Position numbers and translations under genes: made by a program
Assembly: GCF_009914755.1 (NCBI RefSeq)
Contig: NC_060943.1
DNA: 64,000 bases
Source: the human T2T-CHM13v2.0 reference genome, Homo sapiens
Strand: one strand, 5' to 3'
Notes under the pieces: model-generated
What the model was told of the DNA's origin: nothing
The model's database searches: none
Seen by the model: the letters and a program-made list of their open reading frames with translations, nothing else
Part shown: positions 24,566 to 39,329 of the stretch, one piece after another
Layout of the letters: each line of letters begins with the position of its first letter
Position numbering within the stretch: the stretch's first letter is position 1

Positions 24566-25599
24566 CCTATTGGTTCTGTTTCTCTGGAGAATCTTCATAC
24601 AGCTTCCCATCTATAAAGTGGGTGGAATAATAGTGCATATCTCATAGGATGTTAGGAGGATTTGTGGGGAAACATCTTAAATGGAACACTATGACTTTTT
24701 GCTACTCTATGGCTATACTTGGGACTACTGTAAAATAAGCTCTTCGTAACTGAGAACCAAAACTTTCAAAACAAACATCTGCCTTTCAGGGACATGTTGG
24801 GTTGAGAGTCCCCTTTTCAACTACCACCTCCTGCTCAGCTTCCCTCTCCTGGGTGGGCATGGTATGGGGCAGTGCTTTGTGGGGGATCACACAACCCTCT
24901 CTGGGAAGCAATTGATGGGGACTGGGAGGCTTAGGCATAGCTCCTGCCTCCTCTCCCTTCTAACCTGAGCACTCAGACAAGTGGTTTAACTGAGTACAGC
25001 TCCTCCTTGTCTGCACTATCTGCCATCTGGAAGGAGATAACAAGAATATGCAAATATGTGGTTCTAACACCTGACCTTCTAAACCTTCTGGCTTCTGGGT
25101 CCCAGTGAGGACCAGTCTTGACTTTTACGAGTTCTCAGGGCAAAGACATCCACACAAAGATAGCCCCATCATGTTCAACCAACCCTGCCCAAAGTTGGAG
25201 CGCCCCACCCTTTAACTTACTGCTTATTTACTGCTATCAGTAAGCTTCTTTTGTTCTGGCTGCCAGGAAGTTCAAAGAAAAATTAAGTGTTCAACTAGAG
25301 CAACTATGTAAACCCTCATGTTAAATGTGTGTATTACTTCTACATGAAAGGGTTTTTTTTTCTTTCAATACATTGTTGAAATATTCTATTGACTAGATGA
25401 TTTTTTTCAAAGGTTAAGAGGCAGAGAATTCCCCAGTGGGGATAATACAATTCTAAACAAGCAGGATATAGGATCACAGCGGTGAAACACACCAGGGTTT
25501 GGTCTAAGAGTTTCTGCTCAAGAGACTGATGTTTCAGTGAATGCCTCCTACTATCACCTCCACTATAAGCTGAAGGAATAACAGGAAGAAATGAACAAG

Positions 25600-25720
25600 G
25601 GCAGGTGGATCGGGAGTCAGAACACCAAGGTTCTAGCCATGGCGCACCATTTGGTAGCTGTGTGACCACCCTGTACCTCAGTTATCTGATCTGAATCTGT
25701 GAAATGGGATATAATGGGAA
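25600..25720 (+). mobile_element. MIR fragment
   Basis: ggagtcagaacac..ggttctag..tagctgtgtgacc..cctcagtt..ctgtgaaatggga. Confidence 0.65.
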
Positions 25721-26786
25721 GAATGAGGCCAATTCTCCCTGGGCGTCTGAGGGTCTAGGATTGCTACAAGGGTGACATGAAACAAAGGACGCCAACATCT
25801 TTCGAACAGGATGAGGCACTAAGCTTCTCTGCAACATTGTCATAAAGATGTCATCTTCCACGCTTCCCATCATAATATCAGCAGGTGCACCTTAGAAAAG
25901 ACTCACTGGGGAAATCTGTAAGCAATATCATGCAAAAATCCTTCTCCACATTTCTATTTCCTCACCCATGAAGCAAAGAAGAAAAATTCCTGACCCGTGT
26001 CCCCAAGTTGGTGGTGGTCAAGAAATGATGACAACTCATGCTGCTAGTGCCCAGGGATGGCAGCTCACACATTTGACCTTCCTTGAAAATGTATGAGTAA
26101 CTGGAATTCTCAACCCTGGTTTTGAGGCCAGGAGTCTAGGGCACAGAGAACTTAAGATATTACCAAAAGGCACATAGCAATTCATCCACAGGCAGTCTGG
26201 TCTTAAAGTCAGGATTTTCACGGTACTTCCTCTGCGGTGAAAGAGGGTGGGAGTTCTCAACAGGAGTGAAGGCTTCTGAGCTCAAAAGAACTTCTCCAGG
26301 TCAGCAGTGCTTTAAGCAACCCGTGTTCCTAATGGGCCCTGAGGAACCCAAGTAAGACAGTGGCAGGGCTCACTGGAACCAGGTCAAGGGGAGGTATGCA
26401 CCCACTGGTAACCACCAGGATCTGCCGTCCCCCGAGGTCGAAGGTCAGCTCCACCTCTTTGCACTCTGGTCAGATGTAATGGAAAGACACTACAGACACC
26501 AGCAGAGCCCACATGAGAACACGGATGAGTCTCCCAGACAGAAGGTAGAGCAAAGGCAACATTCACAGAGAGAGCACATGAGAAGCGGTTGCCCTTAAGT
26601 ATAAGAGCAGGTGAAACCAGCTGCGGAGGCGTGAGAGGTTTATTCATGTTCTAGTCCTGAATCTCGGTGCTAGTTACATGGGGGGGCTCTGTTTATTTAG
26701 CTGGGTCCTTACAATCAGTGTGTTTTTCCATATGAACATACCCTTTCACACTTCAAAATAAATATCTGACAAAAATGAGCCACAAC

Positions 26787-27115
<329 letters not shown>

Positions 27116-27584
27116 AAATGAGCCACAACTTCTGGGTGGAAGCAACTATGCTGGCGTTCAGAGGTGCCCGCTGGCATTTGCTGGGAACACCAGTCAGGGC
27201 CAGATTTGAATCCCTAAAATAAATAAATAGGTAGAGACACCAAATGCTTCCCCCCACCTTGGCTTTCACGGGATGGACTCAACCTGCCTCCTTAGAAGAT
27301 GCACAGACAAATTTCAGAACAAAGAAAGCACGGGTGGAGGCTGGGTGCATATTTTAAGTATCACACAGTACAAGCTGCCTGCCTCAGTTGAAATTAAATA
27401 ATATTCATGTGATTGGTTGATGTCCCTCTGTGAGCATGGGGCAGCTGGGCCAGAGACTGGTGTGCACCATCCGGGGACATAGCAGGTGCTCTAGAAACAG
27501 CCAAAGAAGGAGGAGGTGGATAAAGGAGGATTGGCCCCCATGGCGCCGGCAGCTCCTACCCTGTGCCTGGTGTTCTCCCACCTC

Positions 27585-28010
27585 ACTCCCTCTCTCTGCC
27601 TCTCCCTCTGTCTCTGTCTGTCTCTCTCTCTGACACTCTCTGTCTTCCTATCTCTTTCTCTGTTTGTCTATGTCTTTCTGTGTTTCTGTCTGTTTTTGTC
27701 ATTGTCTCTTTGTTTCTTGTCTCTGTGTGTGTGTGTGTCTCTCTATCTCTCACTGTGTCTGTCTCCGTGTATATGGCTATCTCTGTCTCTCTGTCTCTGT
27801 CTCTGTGCTTGGCTGTCTCTGTCTCTCGGTCTGTCTGTCTGTCTGTCTCTGTCTCTCTATCTCTGTTTCTTTGTCTCTCTGTTTCATTGTGTCTGTCTGC
27901 CTGTCTCTCTGTGTCTGTCTCTCTGTCTCTGTCCCTCTTTCTGTCTCTGTTTCTCTTTTTCTTTGTCTCTCTGTCTTTCTCACTGTGTCTGTTGGTCTCT
28001 CTTTCTTTCA
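27585..28010. repeat. Pyrimidine-rich (TC/TCTG/TCTCTG)n low-complexity tract
   Basis: Read directly; source of several spurious long ORFs. Confidence 0.95.
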
Positions 28011-29639
28011 CATGGGTGTACACCCACCCTTACCCACAGCCTCAGGTCACAGAGGCACTAAGGGATTCTGTCCCTCAGGCTCTCCAGGTGTCTTGGCCAT
28101 AAGAAACCCAGGTGAGTCTCTCAGAACAGCCAGGATTCAGCACACAGAAGACAATGCTTCAAGCCCTTGCCCAAGGCCAGACCCCCAAGCACAGCAGGCA
28201 TGGGCCTTGCTTCAGATGACGCTGACCTTCTGGGCATCCCTGAAGCCCCAGGGACCTCAGATCCCACTGTGCAATGGGGCTGCAGTGGTCACCACGTTCT
28301 TTATGTAGAGCTCAGACTTCCGGCTCCATAGCCACAATCGTGGCCGCCCATCTGAGCGTATCTACAGCTCTAGAGTTCACCAACACCAGGTTAGCAATTT
28401 CCCCACATCTCATCTGAAACCTACAAGGGCTGTGCTTAGCAAAGCAATGGCAGGGATGTCACTGGCACTCATTGCAAGGGGGAATCTGGGCATGCCCACT
28501 TCTCCTGCCTCATCGTCGTACCCCCCCATCTGCTTTGAGATCTGCTCCTGCAGCTGTGACCTTCTGCTCCCTTCTTGCAACCCCTGCAAAAGGCAGCACT
28601 TCACCATGGCTGGAGGGAGGGCTGAGGAGGCCTCAGAGGGTCAGCCCGACTCCCAGAAACACTGAGGTCAGTAGCAGCCTGCCCCGCCCCAGCCAGCAGA
28701 CCCCTCTGCTTCCTCTCCCCTCTGCAGTTTGCCTGTTGCTACCTGGATTCCTGGACCCTCCCGCCCCCCTCAGCACCCCTGTGATCGGGTGCTCCACTGC
28801 AGGATGGCCAAGTTTATATGCTGTCAGGCACTTTATATCCCCTATAACTCTGCCTCCCAAGCCCTCCTGTGCATGTGTTTAATTTTTACAATCAGGAAGA
28901 AGGATGGGGAGAGTGACAGCCCAGACACCTTGGAGGGGTGGGCTCCGGCCCTGCCTCGGAGGAACCTGCACATGAATTCCATCAGTGACCCTAGGTTGTA
29001 TTTTATGCCTAACACCCCAGTGGTTTTTAAATCTCCTTAAACTTTTGATGACTGAGATAAAGGAAAAGGAGGAGGTTGTGTAAATATGGAGCCACTATTG
29101 GGGAAGAGCTGCCGGGACCTCGGTAGGGCAGGAGTGGAGGCCACCAGGTATCGGTAATGGAGCCTTGCTTCTAGCTCCCTTGCTGCTCACCTGCCATGCC
29201 AACACTCCCTCCACCTTCCAGTGGGCAGAACAGTGGGAGAACTCAACTACCCCACACCGTGATCTTTCCGAGACACACCCTACCTAGGATGATGGTGATG
29301 ATGATGACGACCACAAAAAGAAGGAACACTTTTTTTTTTATTAAATGAGAATGAACACATCTTTTAACATGCTGGTTTTTATTGATCATCACTCACAGTC
29401 TAGTAAAAACAGTGCCCTTGTTATGCAAATACAGCTCTAAACCGAGTCCCCCCAGTGCCACTTCCAGCTGGATGGCAGCTCAAAACCCCTCCTGCAAGAT
29501 AGTTCTGCAGCCACAACACCAGAGCAATTGTCTAAAACGGCAAATCTGCTTGTATCCCTCCCCTGTGCCAAACAACATCTCCCCATCACCCTCAGTCTAT
29601 ACTCTGTGTCCACCCTGCCTAGCTCCCCACCTTCCAATA

Positions 29640-29820
29640 AAACAACAGCAGTAACTGTAACAGGAGCCAATACTTAGTGACTGATTGCGTGCTAGGTATT
29701 TTACAGGGATTATACTGTTTTCTCCCCATAACAGTCCAATAAGGGAGGTACTTTTATTTTGCTCATTTCACAAACCACAGGGAGGAGGAGAAGGCTGCCT
29801 ACGGTCACACTGCTGGCCAG
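29640..29820 (-). mobile_element. MIR
   Basis: gtgctaggtatttt..ccccataacagtcc..gaggtact..ctcatttcaca..ggtcacactgct. Confidence 0.6.
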
Positions 29821-30899
29821 TCCTGTCCTCCAGGAAGCCATCCCAGAGGGCCTTAGGGTATGGGCTGAGTGATGTGACCAACTTACACTGTGCCCACAGC
29901 ATTCCAGGCTTTTCTCTTATCACAGAGATATGTTGTAGTTTAAGGTCAGCTTGTCCATCTTCCTCCATGGGAGGGAGACAGATACACCATCTGAGTCATT
30001 CTTGTGCCCCCAAGACCCAGAACTTGGCACACGGGAGACATCCAGAAAGCTTTTGAATGCACCCATGTTGGACTTAAGCCACCAGGCCTTTATTAGCTCA
30101 GGTGGGCTCTAGGGTGCCTCTCCTGGCCCTGTGAGCTGTTGGGCTGGACCCCACAACCAGGGAGGAGGGTCCTTGGTGATGGGGATTGGCCTTCCTCTCC
30201 CCCTTCCTCCCTACTTCATGAAGTCTTGTTCATGCACACCATCAAGGTGCTTGTTAAAGCAGGACATCACTTGGGGACCCTTTGTATCCATTGGATTCCC
30301 TCGAATTCCTTGGCCCCAGGAGTAAAGTTTAAAACTGATTCTGCAAAAGGATAGCCCCAGTTGGGCTTCCGGGTGAAACAAGTGTACCAGACAATAAACA
30401 CTTTATTCCCATAAGAGGAGGAGAGGCCGGAGGGCCCGCAAATACCAGCGAGCTTCCATGCAGACCCAGGACTCCAACGAAGACGGCAGATGGACCCAGA
30501 CAGAGCTGAAGCAGGACTGATAGCAATCAATACCATCCAACTTAATTTAATTCATTTGCCTTGTATTGAATATGATCTTAATATACTAGGAGACATCAGC
30601 TTCTATTAGAGCCCAGGAAATCATCTTTGAAAAGAGGCAAAATGGTATCAAATGCATAATTTGAAAAACATTGTTTTCAACATCTTTCCACTTCATTTAG
30701 CATTTTGAGGAATTGAGGCTATATCTTGTAACTATCAAACTGAATTAATCACCTTGAGACCTGATAGAAGATAACTGGAACTCTAATTTCAGGCTGCTTT
30801 TATTCTTGGAAGATAGCCTTTTAAGTGGGAATATGGGAATTAGTGCAAAATCGCTTCCACTGTGCGTAGGCTGCCACACTACAATTTTTCAGTAGACTA

Positions 30900-31220
30900 C
30901 AGCTTGCTATTAAATATGATAGTCACTGACTACAGGTGGCTACTGAACCCCTGGAATGTGGTGTTCTAAACTGAGACATAAAATACACATGGATTTCAAA
31001 GACTTAGTTAAAAAACTGTGAAATATCTAAATAATTTTTATAATAACTACAAGTTGAAATGGCAAATATTTTTGTATTTGTGGGACTAAATAAAATATGT
31101 GTGTTCACTTTAATTTTCACAAGTCATTTCACCTGATTTTTTTCACTTATTTGTTCATCTCCCAGAAAATTAAAAATTCTATATGTGGCTCTCATTATAT
31201 TTCTGTTAGACAATGCTAGT
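30900..31220 (-). mobile_element. MER33 hAT-Charlie MITE
   Basis: aaaatacacatggatttcaaagacttagt..atatgtggctctcattatatttctgttagaca. Confidence 0.8.
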
Positions 31221-31479
31221 CTACACAATGAAATATTGTGGATGTGTGCCCAGAGTTTTTTTTTCTTTGAAATAGTGTATTTCCTAAGAATGCATTTACA
31301 TTAAGTTGTGCCAATACTGATGTATTTGATTGTGTTTCTTTATTTTGATTGGAATAGATAGATTTATACATAGAAGAATATAATTTGGAATTTGGATCTC
31401 TAAAACTGTGCCCAGAGTTTTTAAATGACCTGTAAAAATATATAGGATGTAATTTTACATGAAAGAGGCAAGGAAATAT

Positions 31480-31690
31480 GTATGTAGAGGATAATTAAAA
31501 CCATGTAAAACATACGGATATGTTTACATATATGTAGACAAGAAAAGACAGAAAGGAAATTCAGCTAGAATAGACATCTCAGAATGGGTGGAATGACAGT
31601 TGATTATAATGATCTCTTTTATGCATTTCTACACATTCCTGAGAGAGATTTTTTTGCATTTATTATTAAATAAAAATAAACATTATTTTT
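31480..31690 (+). mobile_element. Old L1ME-like 3' end fragment
   Basis: gaaaagacagaaaggaaat..atctcagaatgggtggaatgacagttgatt. Confidence 0.5.
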
Positions 31691-31924
31691 ACAAAAATAT
31701 TTTCCACAAAATTAGTATTGTTATGTGTATTTTTCTCTGTCTTGCTTGGTATTTGCTAAAGTAAATAATTTACAATCACACTTAGATTTTATTTAACCCC
31801 CAGTGGCATCTCGTCACAAAATACACCATTTTTATGAAGAACTCATTCTCGTGGAAGTCCACTTTTTAGTTAGATCACAAAACATTTTATTTAAATTAAT
31901 GTTCTAGTCAGCAACAGATGATTT

Positions 31925-31927
<3 letters not shown>

Positions 31928-31955
<28 letters not shown>
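31928..31955. repeat. Poly(A)28
   Basis: Read directly. Confidence 0.95.
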
Positions 31956-31958
<3 letters not shown>

Positions 31959-32292
31959 GTGGGTGGTCACTATTACAATATTACATTGGAAAGAGAAATT
32001 TTATTATCAAAGCTTGCTCATCCAAAATTCATTTTTAATGGGCTTTTTGCCTGAACAAAAAGAGAAAAAAGAGATCCTGGAAAATATCTCATGGATTTCT
32101 AACAGTTAGTCTTTTATATGGGCTACATTTGAAGAAATAATAAGAATTTTCTGACCTAGAGAAGCACAAATGAGAAAATGGTTCTGGCCTGATCTTTTCC
32201 CAATTTGGTTGACCCTCAAGAAGCCCTGTTGCAATGACCTCCACCTGGAAAACTTGAACTCCTTCTGGGTTGCACAGGCCCACCTGCCAATG

Positions 32293-32375
32293 CATTTATC
32301 CATTTATCCATCCACCCATCCATCCATTCATCCATCTACCCATCCATCCATTCATCTGTCTGTCTACTCATCTGC
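32293..32375. repeat. (CCAT)n microsatellite
   Basis: Read directly. Confidence 0.85.
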
Positions 32376-32404
32376 TTGTCTGTCCAAGCTCTTAGGCCTG
32401 TTGG

Positions 32405-32690
32405 AGGAACAAGGAGTCCAGTGTGGCTGCAAGAGGCAGTAGATAAGGTCAGAAAAGTAGGCAGAACTTCACTTAGATCTTATAGGTGGTAAGGAATTTG
32501 GACTAATCTCAATGGAAAGGTACTGGACAGGTTCAAGCAGGGGCGCTGATGGCATCTAATTTCCGCACTGCAACACCACTCTGGCTGCTGTGTGGACAAG
32601 GAACTCTATGGGGATGAGAAGGAAGCCAGGAAACCATTTAGGAGACTACTTCAGTCATCCATGTGAGAGAAGAGGGCAGCCTGGATGAGT
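32405..32690 (-). mobile_element. L2 fragment
   Basis: ccagtgtggctg..ggtaaggaatttggact..cactctggctgctgtgtgga..ttaggagactact..atccatgtgagaga. Confidence 0.75.
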
Positions 32691-34066
32691 CATCACTCCA
32701 GAACAGACATCTCTCAGGTTCCACTCAGGGTACACAGGCTCACTCATGGCTGGCATTGGTTTATAGCCCCTTCTAACACAGTGATGTGGGAAGGGCACCC
32801 CGGAATACAACATCATCTGCCTGAATCCTTAAAATATTTAAGCATCCCAAATCACCCTCTAAGCAAAAAGTCTTCTTTAGGTTCCCAGAGGTTCAATTCT
32901 ATGCAGTTTCGCTGCTTTTCATTTACCTCGAATGGTCCCAGCTGGATCTGGAAACAGATGTGTCAACACAATCCCTACTCATGAACGCTTCCCAGCCACC
33001 GGGAAACAGGTCATCAATTGTAATCTCCATGGAAAACCTGATTCTGTCAGAGCTTTGCAAACCCCACAGGCCTGGGCTATATCAGGGAGCAAGTTCCTGC
33101 TGGCAGTAAGAACACCAGACTTCCCCAAACTGGACCGACTGACACTGGAGAGAGGGTGAACTTCCCCAGTTCTCTGAAGTCCTGGCACACTTCCTGTGCT
33201 GTTAAATCATCCCCGGGTAAACCTGACCTTCCAGAATCTGTGAAAGCTAGCTACTTCATGATGAACCACCTTTCTGAGTTTATCAACCACTGTTACTTTT
33301 CTGGCTCCTACCCAGCCCCATCTGGGGAGCAATGCAGACCCAGCAATCCTGGCTTCTGGAAGCATTTGTCTTAAAAGAGCCAATTTCCTCTTGATGTCCA
33401 TGATCAGCTCAGCTTCCAGCCAACACACCAGATATTCTCTCCCATGACCCAGACCCACAGGATGCTACCTGCAGTACATGTGAAGTGTCCCTACTATGGG
33501 CCACTGTCCTGGAGGCATCCGCAGACCTGTCCACCATTCTGGCCCTATGGGGAAAATGGGTGGATGCCAACACATTGAGATCATTTGCAAGTGCACAGAT
33601 ACCCATGCACACACACATTGCTTGGCCAGAAGTTAGTTTAAGGAACTGGACCTCTGGGAAGAGTGTGGCTTGGGCAGGGATATTGGCTGTTTACAGACAG
33701 CTGCTATATGCTCAGCTATGCTCTGGGCTGCATCAGTTGGGGCTGCAGAAAGACAACAGCATAGTCCTCAACTGCTGATAATTTGATGTAGAGTTGGGGA
33801 GGTTGTCAGAGGGTTGACAGATAGTGGAGTCCATAGACTATGAAGACAAAGTGGAATTCACTCTGGAATTTACCCACTGAGGAGACCGCCCTTGGAGCTC
33901 TGTCCTCTCTGGGTAATGATCCTGCACAACACCCTCCACTTCAGGAGCTTTGTTTTTCCCGCATTCTTTCAATGGAAACAATGGCTTAGAGGAGTTCTGG
34001 AACTTCCTAGGTACAATGGAATTCCATCACACATAGAGTGAGGCTCTAGACTCAAAAATCCTGCTG

Positions 34067-34447
<381 letters not shown>

Positions 34448-34827
34448 CTAAAAGACTTCACTTGTACAACATGGACAGGATAGATTAAGAGCACATATGC
34501 AAAATATGAACCCATTGTACTATGTAAATTACTCCCTTTTCTGACAACCATGTATATTTTAATTTATAAATACCCATGCATTGAAGAAACATGACCAACT
34601 ATATAGCATTTCTACAAGTTGATCAGGCTCAAACCCCATGACCCAGTTTCAAAACGATCTAGCTGGAAATTTCCAGCAGGAAATTATTTTCTTATAGTAA
34701 CTTCAGAAACATTGAACGGGCCTGAAAGTGCCCTGCCTGCCTGTCCACAGTAGCAAAGCTACAAAAAAAGCATGCAGAGAGCCCCTGAATCCCGCACCAG
34801 AGACAGGATCTTTACCCCCCACAGTAG

Positions 34828-35211
<384 letters not shown>

Positions 35212-37054
35212 TGAGTGCTGTGTCCTGAGCACATTCCCTCTTCTTAACGTAGTTGAGGAGGTCTAGAATCCTTCTTTTGGAGTACAGGACACATTTCCGT
35301 ATAACTGACTCCCTGACTCCCTGAAACTTCTTCCTGAAGGAGAGTTGGGCTACAAGGACTCCTTCTCCTAAAGCCAGCTCCTCAGAGTCCAAAACCTCTA
35401 AAAATTTCTCATCCTTACCGGGTTTCCTTCAAGACACCTTCAGCTTAGGCTTCAGGTCCACCCTGTGACAACTTTGCACTCTTTTTGTCCTGCCTTGGGG
35501 CATTGGGACCTGAAAGGCATTTTCTAGAGCCTTGTTGAAGAAGGAATTGCAAGTCAAAGCTCTGACCCAAGACAAAACCCAGAGATGGGTACAGCAGATT
35601 CAAGCAAGTTCCAGCCCATTCCTCAGCATGGACTCATTAGGCACCCACATGTGCGGGGTCGGAGGAGGTTTCAGGACAAGGGTCCCCCTGCGTGAATGGA
35701 GCGACGCCTTTGACATTGGCGTCCTTCCTGATGGACTTGGCCTTGGCTGCTCTCCATCTCTAGTAGGCCAGGGTGGGTGGAGGGGCCTCCCTGGGACATC
35801 ACAGCCCCTCCCCGCTGAGGAGACCACCCTTGGAGCTCTGTCCTCCCTCTGTAATGGGCCTGCCTCTCCCTGCCAAGGTTTTAAAAGCATCTGGGCACAG
35901 GTGCGGGTGCTGCCAGCCTCCAGGGCTAATAAGAGGAAACTCGGCAGAGGAAAATGAGGCCGCGTAGCCACAATGCCATTATGTTTTCCCAGAACGTGCA
36001 ATGCTCCCAAATAAATGTGTCTCCAGCATTATCACACCACAATATTCATACGGCTCATTACTGGTTTTAATTTTGCCCGTTGCTTATTTACTGTCTCCTT
36101 CCCCACTTTATTGCCGGGGTGGAAGAGTTATTCATCCAAGCCCAGCACAGAAGGGCCCCAAAGCGGAATTTCTCCAGAAGCCGCTGGCCCAGCGCTCAGG
36201 CCTCGCAGGCTCCAGCTCAAACCCACACAGCATCAGAGGTTCCCCTAGGCGGCCCTTCCTGCAGCTCCCTGCCACGTTGACTGACTGCTTTTCCTGCCTG
36301 GGGAATGAGCCCTTTCTCCTTTCTATGACCAAAAGCTGTGCGGCCACCTGCTACGCTGGATAGATGAGCCCATGACACCACGCAGTGATTGCCTGTGTAG
36401 TGTGAGGTCGATGACACCCACACGGGCCCCTTCACGTAGGCAAGCCGCTGTCATGTGCCCTCTGCAACCTGGGACTCCTGCCTGCTCTGCTGTGATACAG
36501 GGCTAGTGCCCTTCCTCCCTAGGCATGGCTCAGGTCCCAGAAGCCACACTCGTCACAGGTGGAAGGATGGCAGTGTTCTCTGAGCTGCATGGGGAACTGA
36601 GTGTGGCATTCCATCCCTGGAGACACCTCCAGAAAGGTAAAACCCTTGAAGGAAAGGATGCACACAATGACTTCATAAACATACTTTTAGAAAAAATTGG
36701 AATTAATGCTTTTTAACTCAAATTTGACAAGCACAGAATGGTATAAAGAAGCAAATCACTATACCTCTCTGCTCATCAACAGAAAACTCTTAAATTTTGG
36801 GGCTTTTATATTTGATCTTCTTTTACCTGTACTAAAAAAAAAGAAAGAAAGAAAAGAAAAAAAAGAAAACAACAGAATTCAGAACATAATCTTGTCCTAG
36901 AATCTCTTTTTTATTAAATCCCTCTTCCAAAATTATGAAGTCGGCCTGTGTTTTCTACAACCAGTGTTGAAAAACAGTGTTATTAGCATGTACTATCCCC
37001 TTCCATTATCGTATTTTTGTCCGTAAGCGATATATTAGCATAACGAATGTTGGA

Positions 37055-37275
37055 GAGGGAAGGAAGGAAGGAAGGAAGGAAGGAAGGAAGGAAGGAAGGA
37101 AGGAAGGAAGGAAGGAATACAGTAAAGAAGGAAGAAAAGAAACAAGAAGGAAGATAAAAAGTAAGGAGAGAAGGAAGGAGGGAGAAAAGGAGGAAGATAA
37201 GAAGGAAGAATGAAAGGCAGACAGGAAAACAGAATGAAGGACAGGAGGGAGGGAGGAAGGAAAGAAGGGAGAAAT
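37055..37275. repeat. (GGAA)n and GA-rich tract
   Basis: Read directly. Confidence 0.92.
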
Positions 37276-37479
37276 ATTTAACAAAAGTTATATAGAAAAA
37301 CAAAAGAAACAAAAAGGTTTCAAAGAAAATAAAAGACACAACAAAAATAGGCCTTCACTCTCATACATATATCATACGTTTTCATTTCTCTGTAACTTTT
37401 TTCCTCTCAGTGAATTATCATGGTCATCCCTTTGCGAAAAACAGATACAAAGCACTTTCTTCTCTCTCTCTCTCTCTCT

Positions 37480-39200
37480 CTCACTGCATAGTATTCTTTA
37501 GTCTTGACATGCTCAATGTATTCAATCATTCTCGTACTTATGAACATTCAGAAGATTTCTTCTCCCTCCTTCCTTTAAAAATAATGCTTTTATTTCCATA
37601 AGTTACAGCCATAAAGTAGAATTGCTGGGTTAAAGGACATGCATACTTTAATTTCAATAAATACTCTAAGACTACATTCCCAAAAGGCTGAAGCAAGTCA
37701 CCATCCCACTGGCAATATATGAAGCGCCTATATCCTGGCATCTTTGTCAGCATTTAATATTATCATTCGTATATTTTTGTCAACTTGATGGTAAAACGTG
37801 TTATTTCAGTTTTACTGTAATTTTTACTTTCCCATTCACAAAGGTTGAGTATGTTCTCAAAAGTTTATTGACCCATTTGGATTTTCTTTTCTTGTGAATT
37901 GTCTATTGATAGTTTTTGCAAGGTTTGAAATTGGGTAACATGTCTTTTTCTTCTTTTGATTTGTAAATACTCTTTGCATATGATGCATATTAACTGTTCA
38001 TCTGTCAGGCGTTGTAAATATTTTTCTCATTCTGTTTAACATTATGTCACACACAATTTCCCACATCTGTCAAGCCTCATTGTAAACATGTTTAATGCCT
38101 GCAAAATATTCCAAAGTGGGAGGATATCGATTCACCATCCTCTAGCTATTGTTGGACACTTAGAAGTTTCTTGCTCTCCTTATGGTTTTATGAACGATTT
38201 TGTGGGAACCTCTGAGCTTAAATCTTGCCCACGTTTTGTGTTATTTCTATAATGCAATTTAGTACATTTTGAAAATAGTTTTATTTGTAAAAGTAAAGTC
38301 ATTAAATCAAAAATATAAGCATTTAAAAGCTGTTGATGCATATTGTGAAATTGCTTCTTAATTGACTATTTATTCTTCCCCTAACTCCACACTCAGTCTC
38401 CTTTGCTGGCACTGGGAATTGCATTTCTTAAAAATGTATGCCATTGATGGCTTGAAAGAGTATCATAATATTGTTTTAATTGTTATCCTTTTTTTTACCT
38501 TTGAAGATCTTGATTTTTAATGTATATGAATTCTATATGTTTGTAGGTTAAAAATCCTTAGTTATATTTGTAGGAAAAATATTCCTGGTTATGATTTCAA
38601 CTTATGACTTTATTGACAGATAAGATATTTACATCTTATAGAGTCAAATCCATTGGTCCACTGTAATTTTTTTCATAATGTTAAGCTTAGTCCTCTGCTA
38701 GCCAAGAGATCATTTCAATATGCACTGATGTTTTCTAGTTTGTTGTGTTTCAATTTCTATTTGACATTTAACATTTTAATCTGTTTTATCTCATTTTGGG
38801 GTATGGTGCAAATATAAAATCTGCTTCTTTAACCTAGGTAGTTTTCCATCAAATTCAGTGCCATTTGGAAAATACTCCTTAAATATCAATCCCTTCTAAC
38901 GAAATTGTTTTGGAGCTCTCTGGTCTGCATTTTAGATTTGTATACTTCTTTTAGTATTAGTATCTAATTAATTTAAGGATTTTTGCATCATAATACATTT
39001 TATCTGGCTTTGCAAATTCTCCTTCCTCCAATTAATTTTTGGTTTAATTTTATTAACTGGTGCTTGTCCATCTAATTTCTCCTAGGTATAATTTAGAAAT
39101 ATTTTGTTCCTTGCCCCCACCCCCACAAAAAAATCCTTCCCACACTTCGATTAAGATTACATTGAACCTCAATCTAACTTGAAGATAATTTAGACATTCA
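37480..39200 (-). mobile_element. Old L1M(E) fragments
   Basis: aagtagaattgctgggttaaagg, catcccactggcaatatatga, cttttcttgtgaattgtctatt. Confidence 0.7.
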
Positions 39201-39329
39201 GTCCCCTCATTTGGCTGTAGCTATATTTATAGCTGTCTTTAACTGAAAGGTTTTTTTTTAATCTTTATCGTTATTCGTTTCTATTTTCTTCAACTACATT
39301 CTACACCAGTCTTCTGAAAACTTTTTCTG

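Larger units (their letters stand above)
23379..24601 (+). mobile_element. MLT2 (B/D-like) LTR split by L1PB, apparently inserted in a MIR
   Basis: Starts tgtgatggttgattttaggtgtcagcttga; ends cctattggttctgtttctctggagaa; MIR-like flanks at about 23300-23378 and 24602-24665. Confidence 0.85.

Noticed and set aside
27516-28308. Overlapping 146-214 aa ORFs
   Set aside because: Produced by the stop-poor TC/TCTG tract
36977-37339. GRKE / PSFL repeat ORFs
   Set aside because: Translation of the (GGAA)n microsatellite
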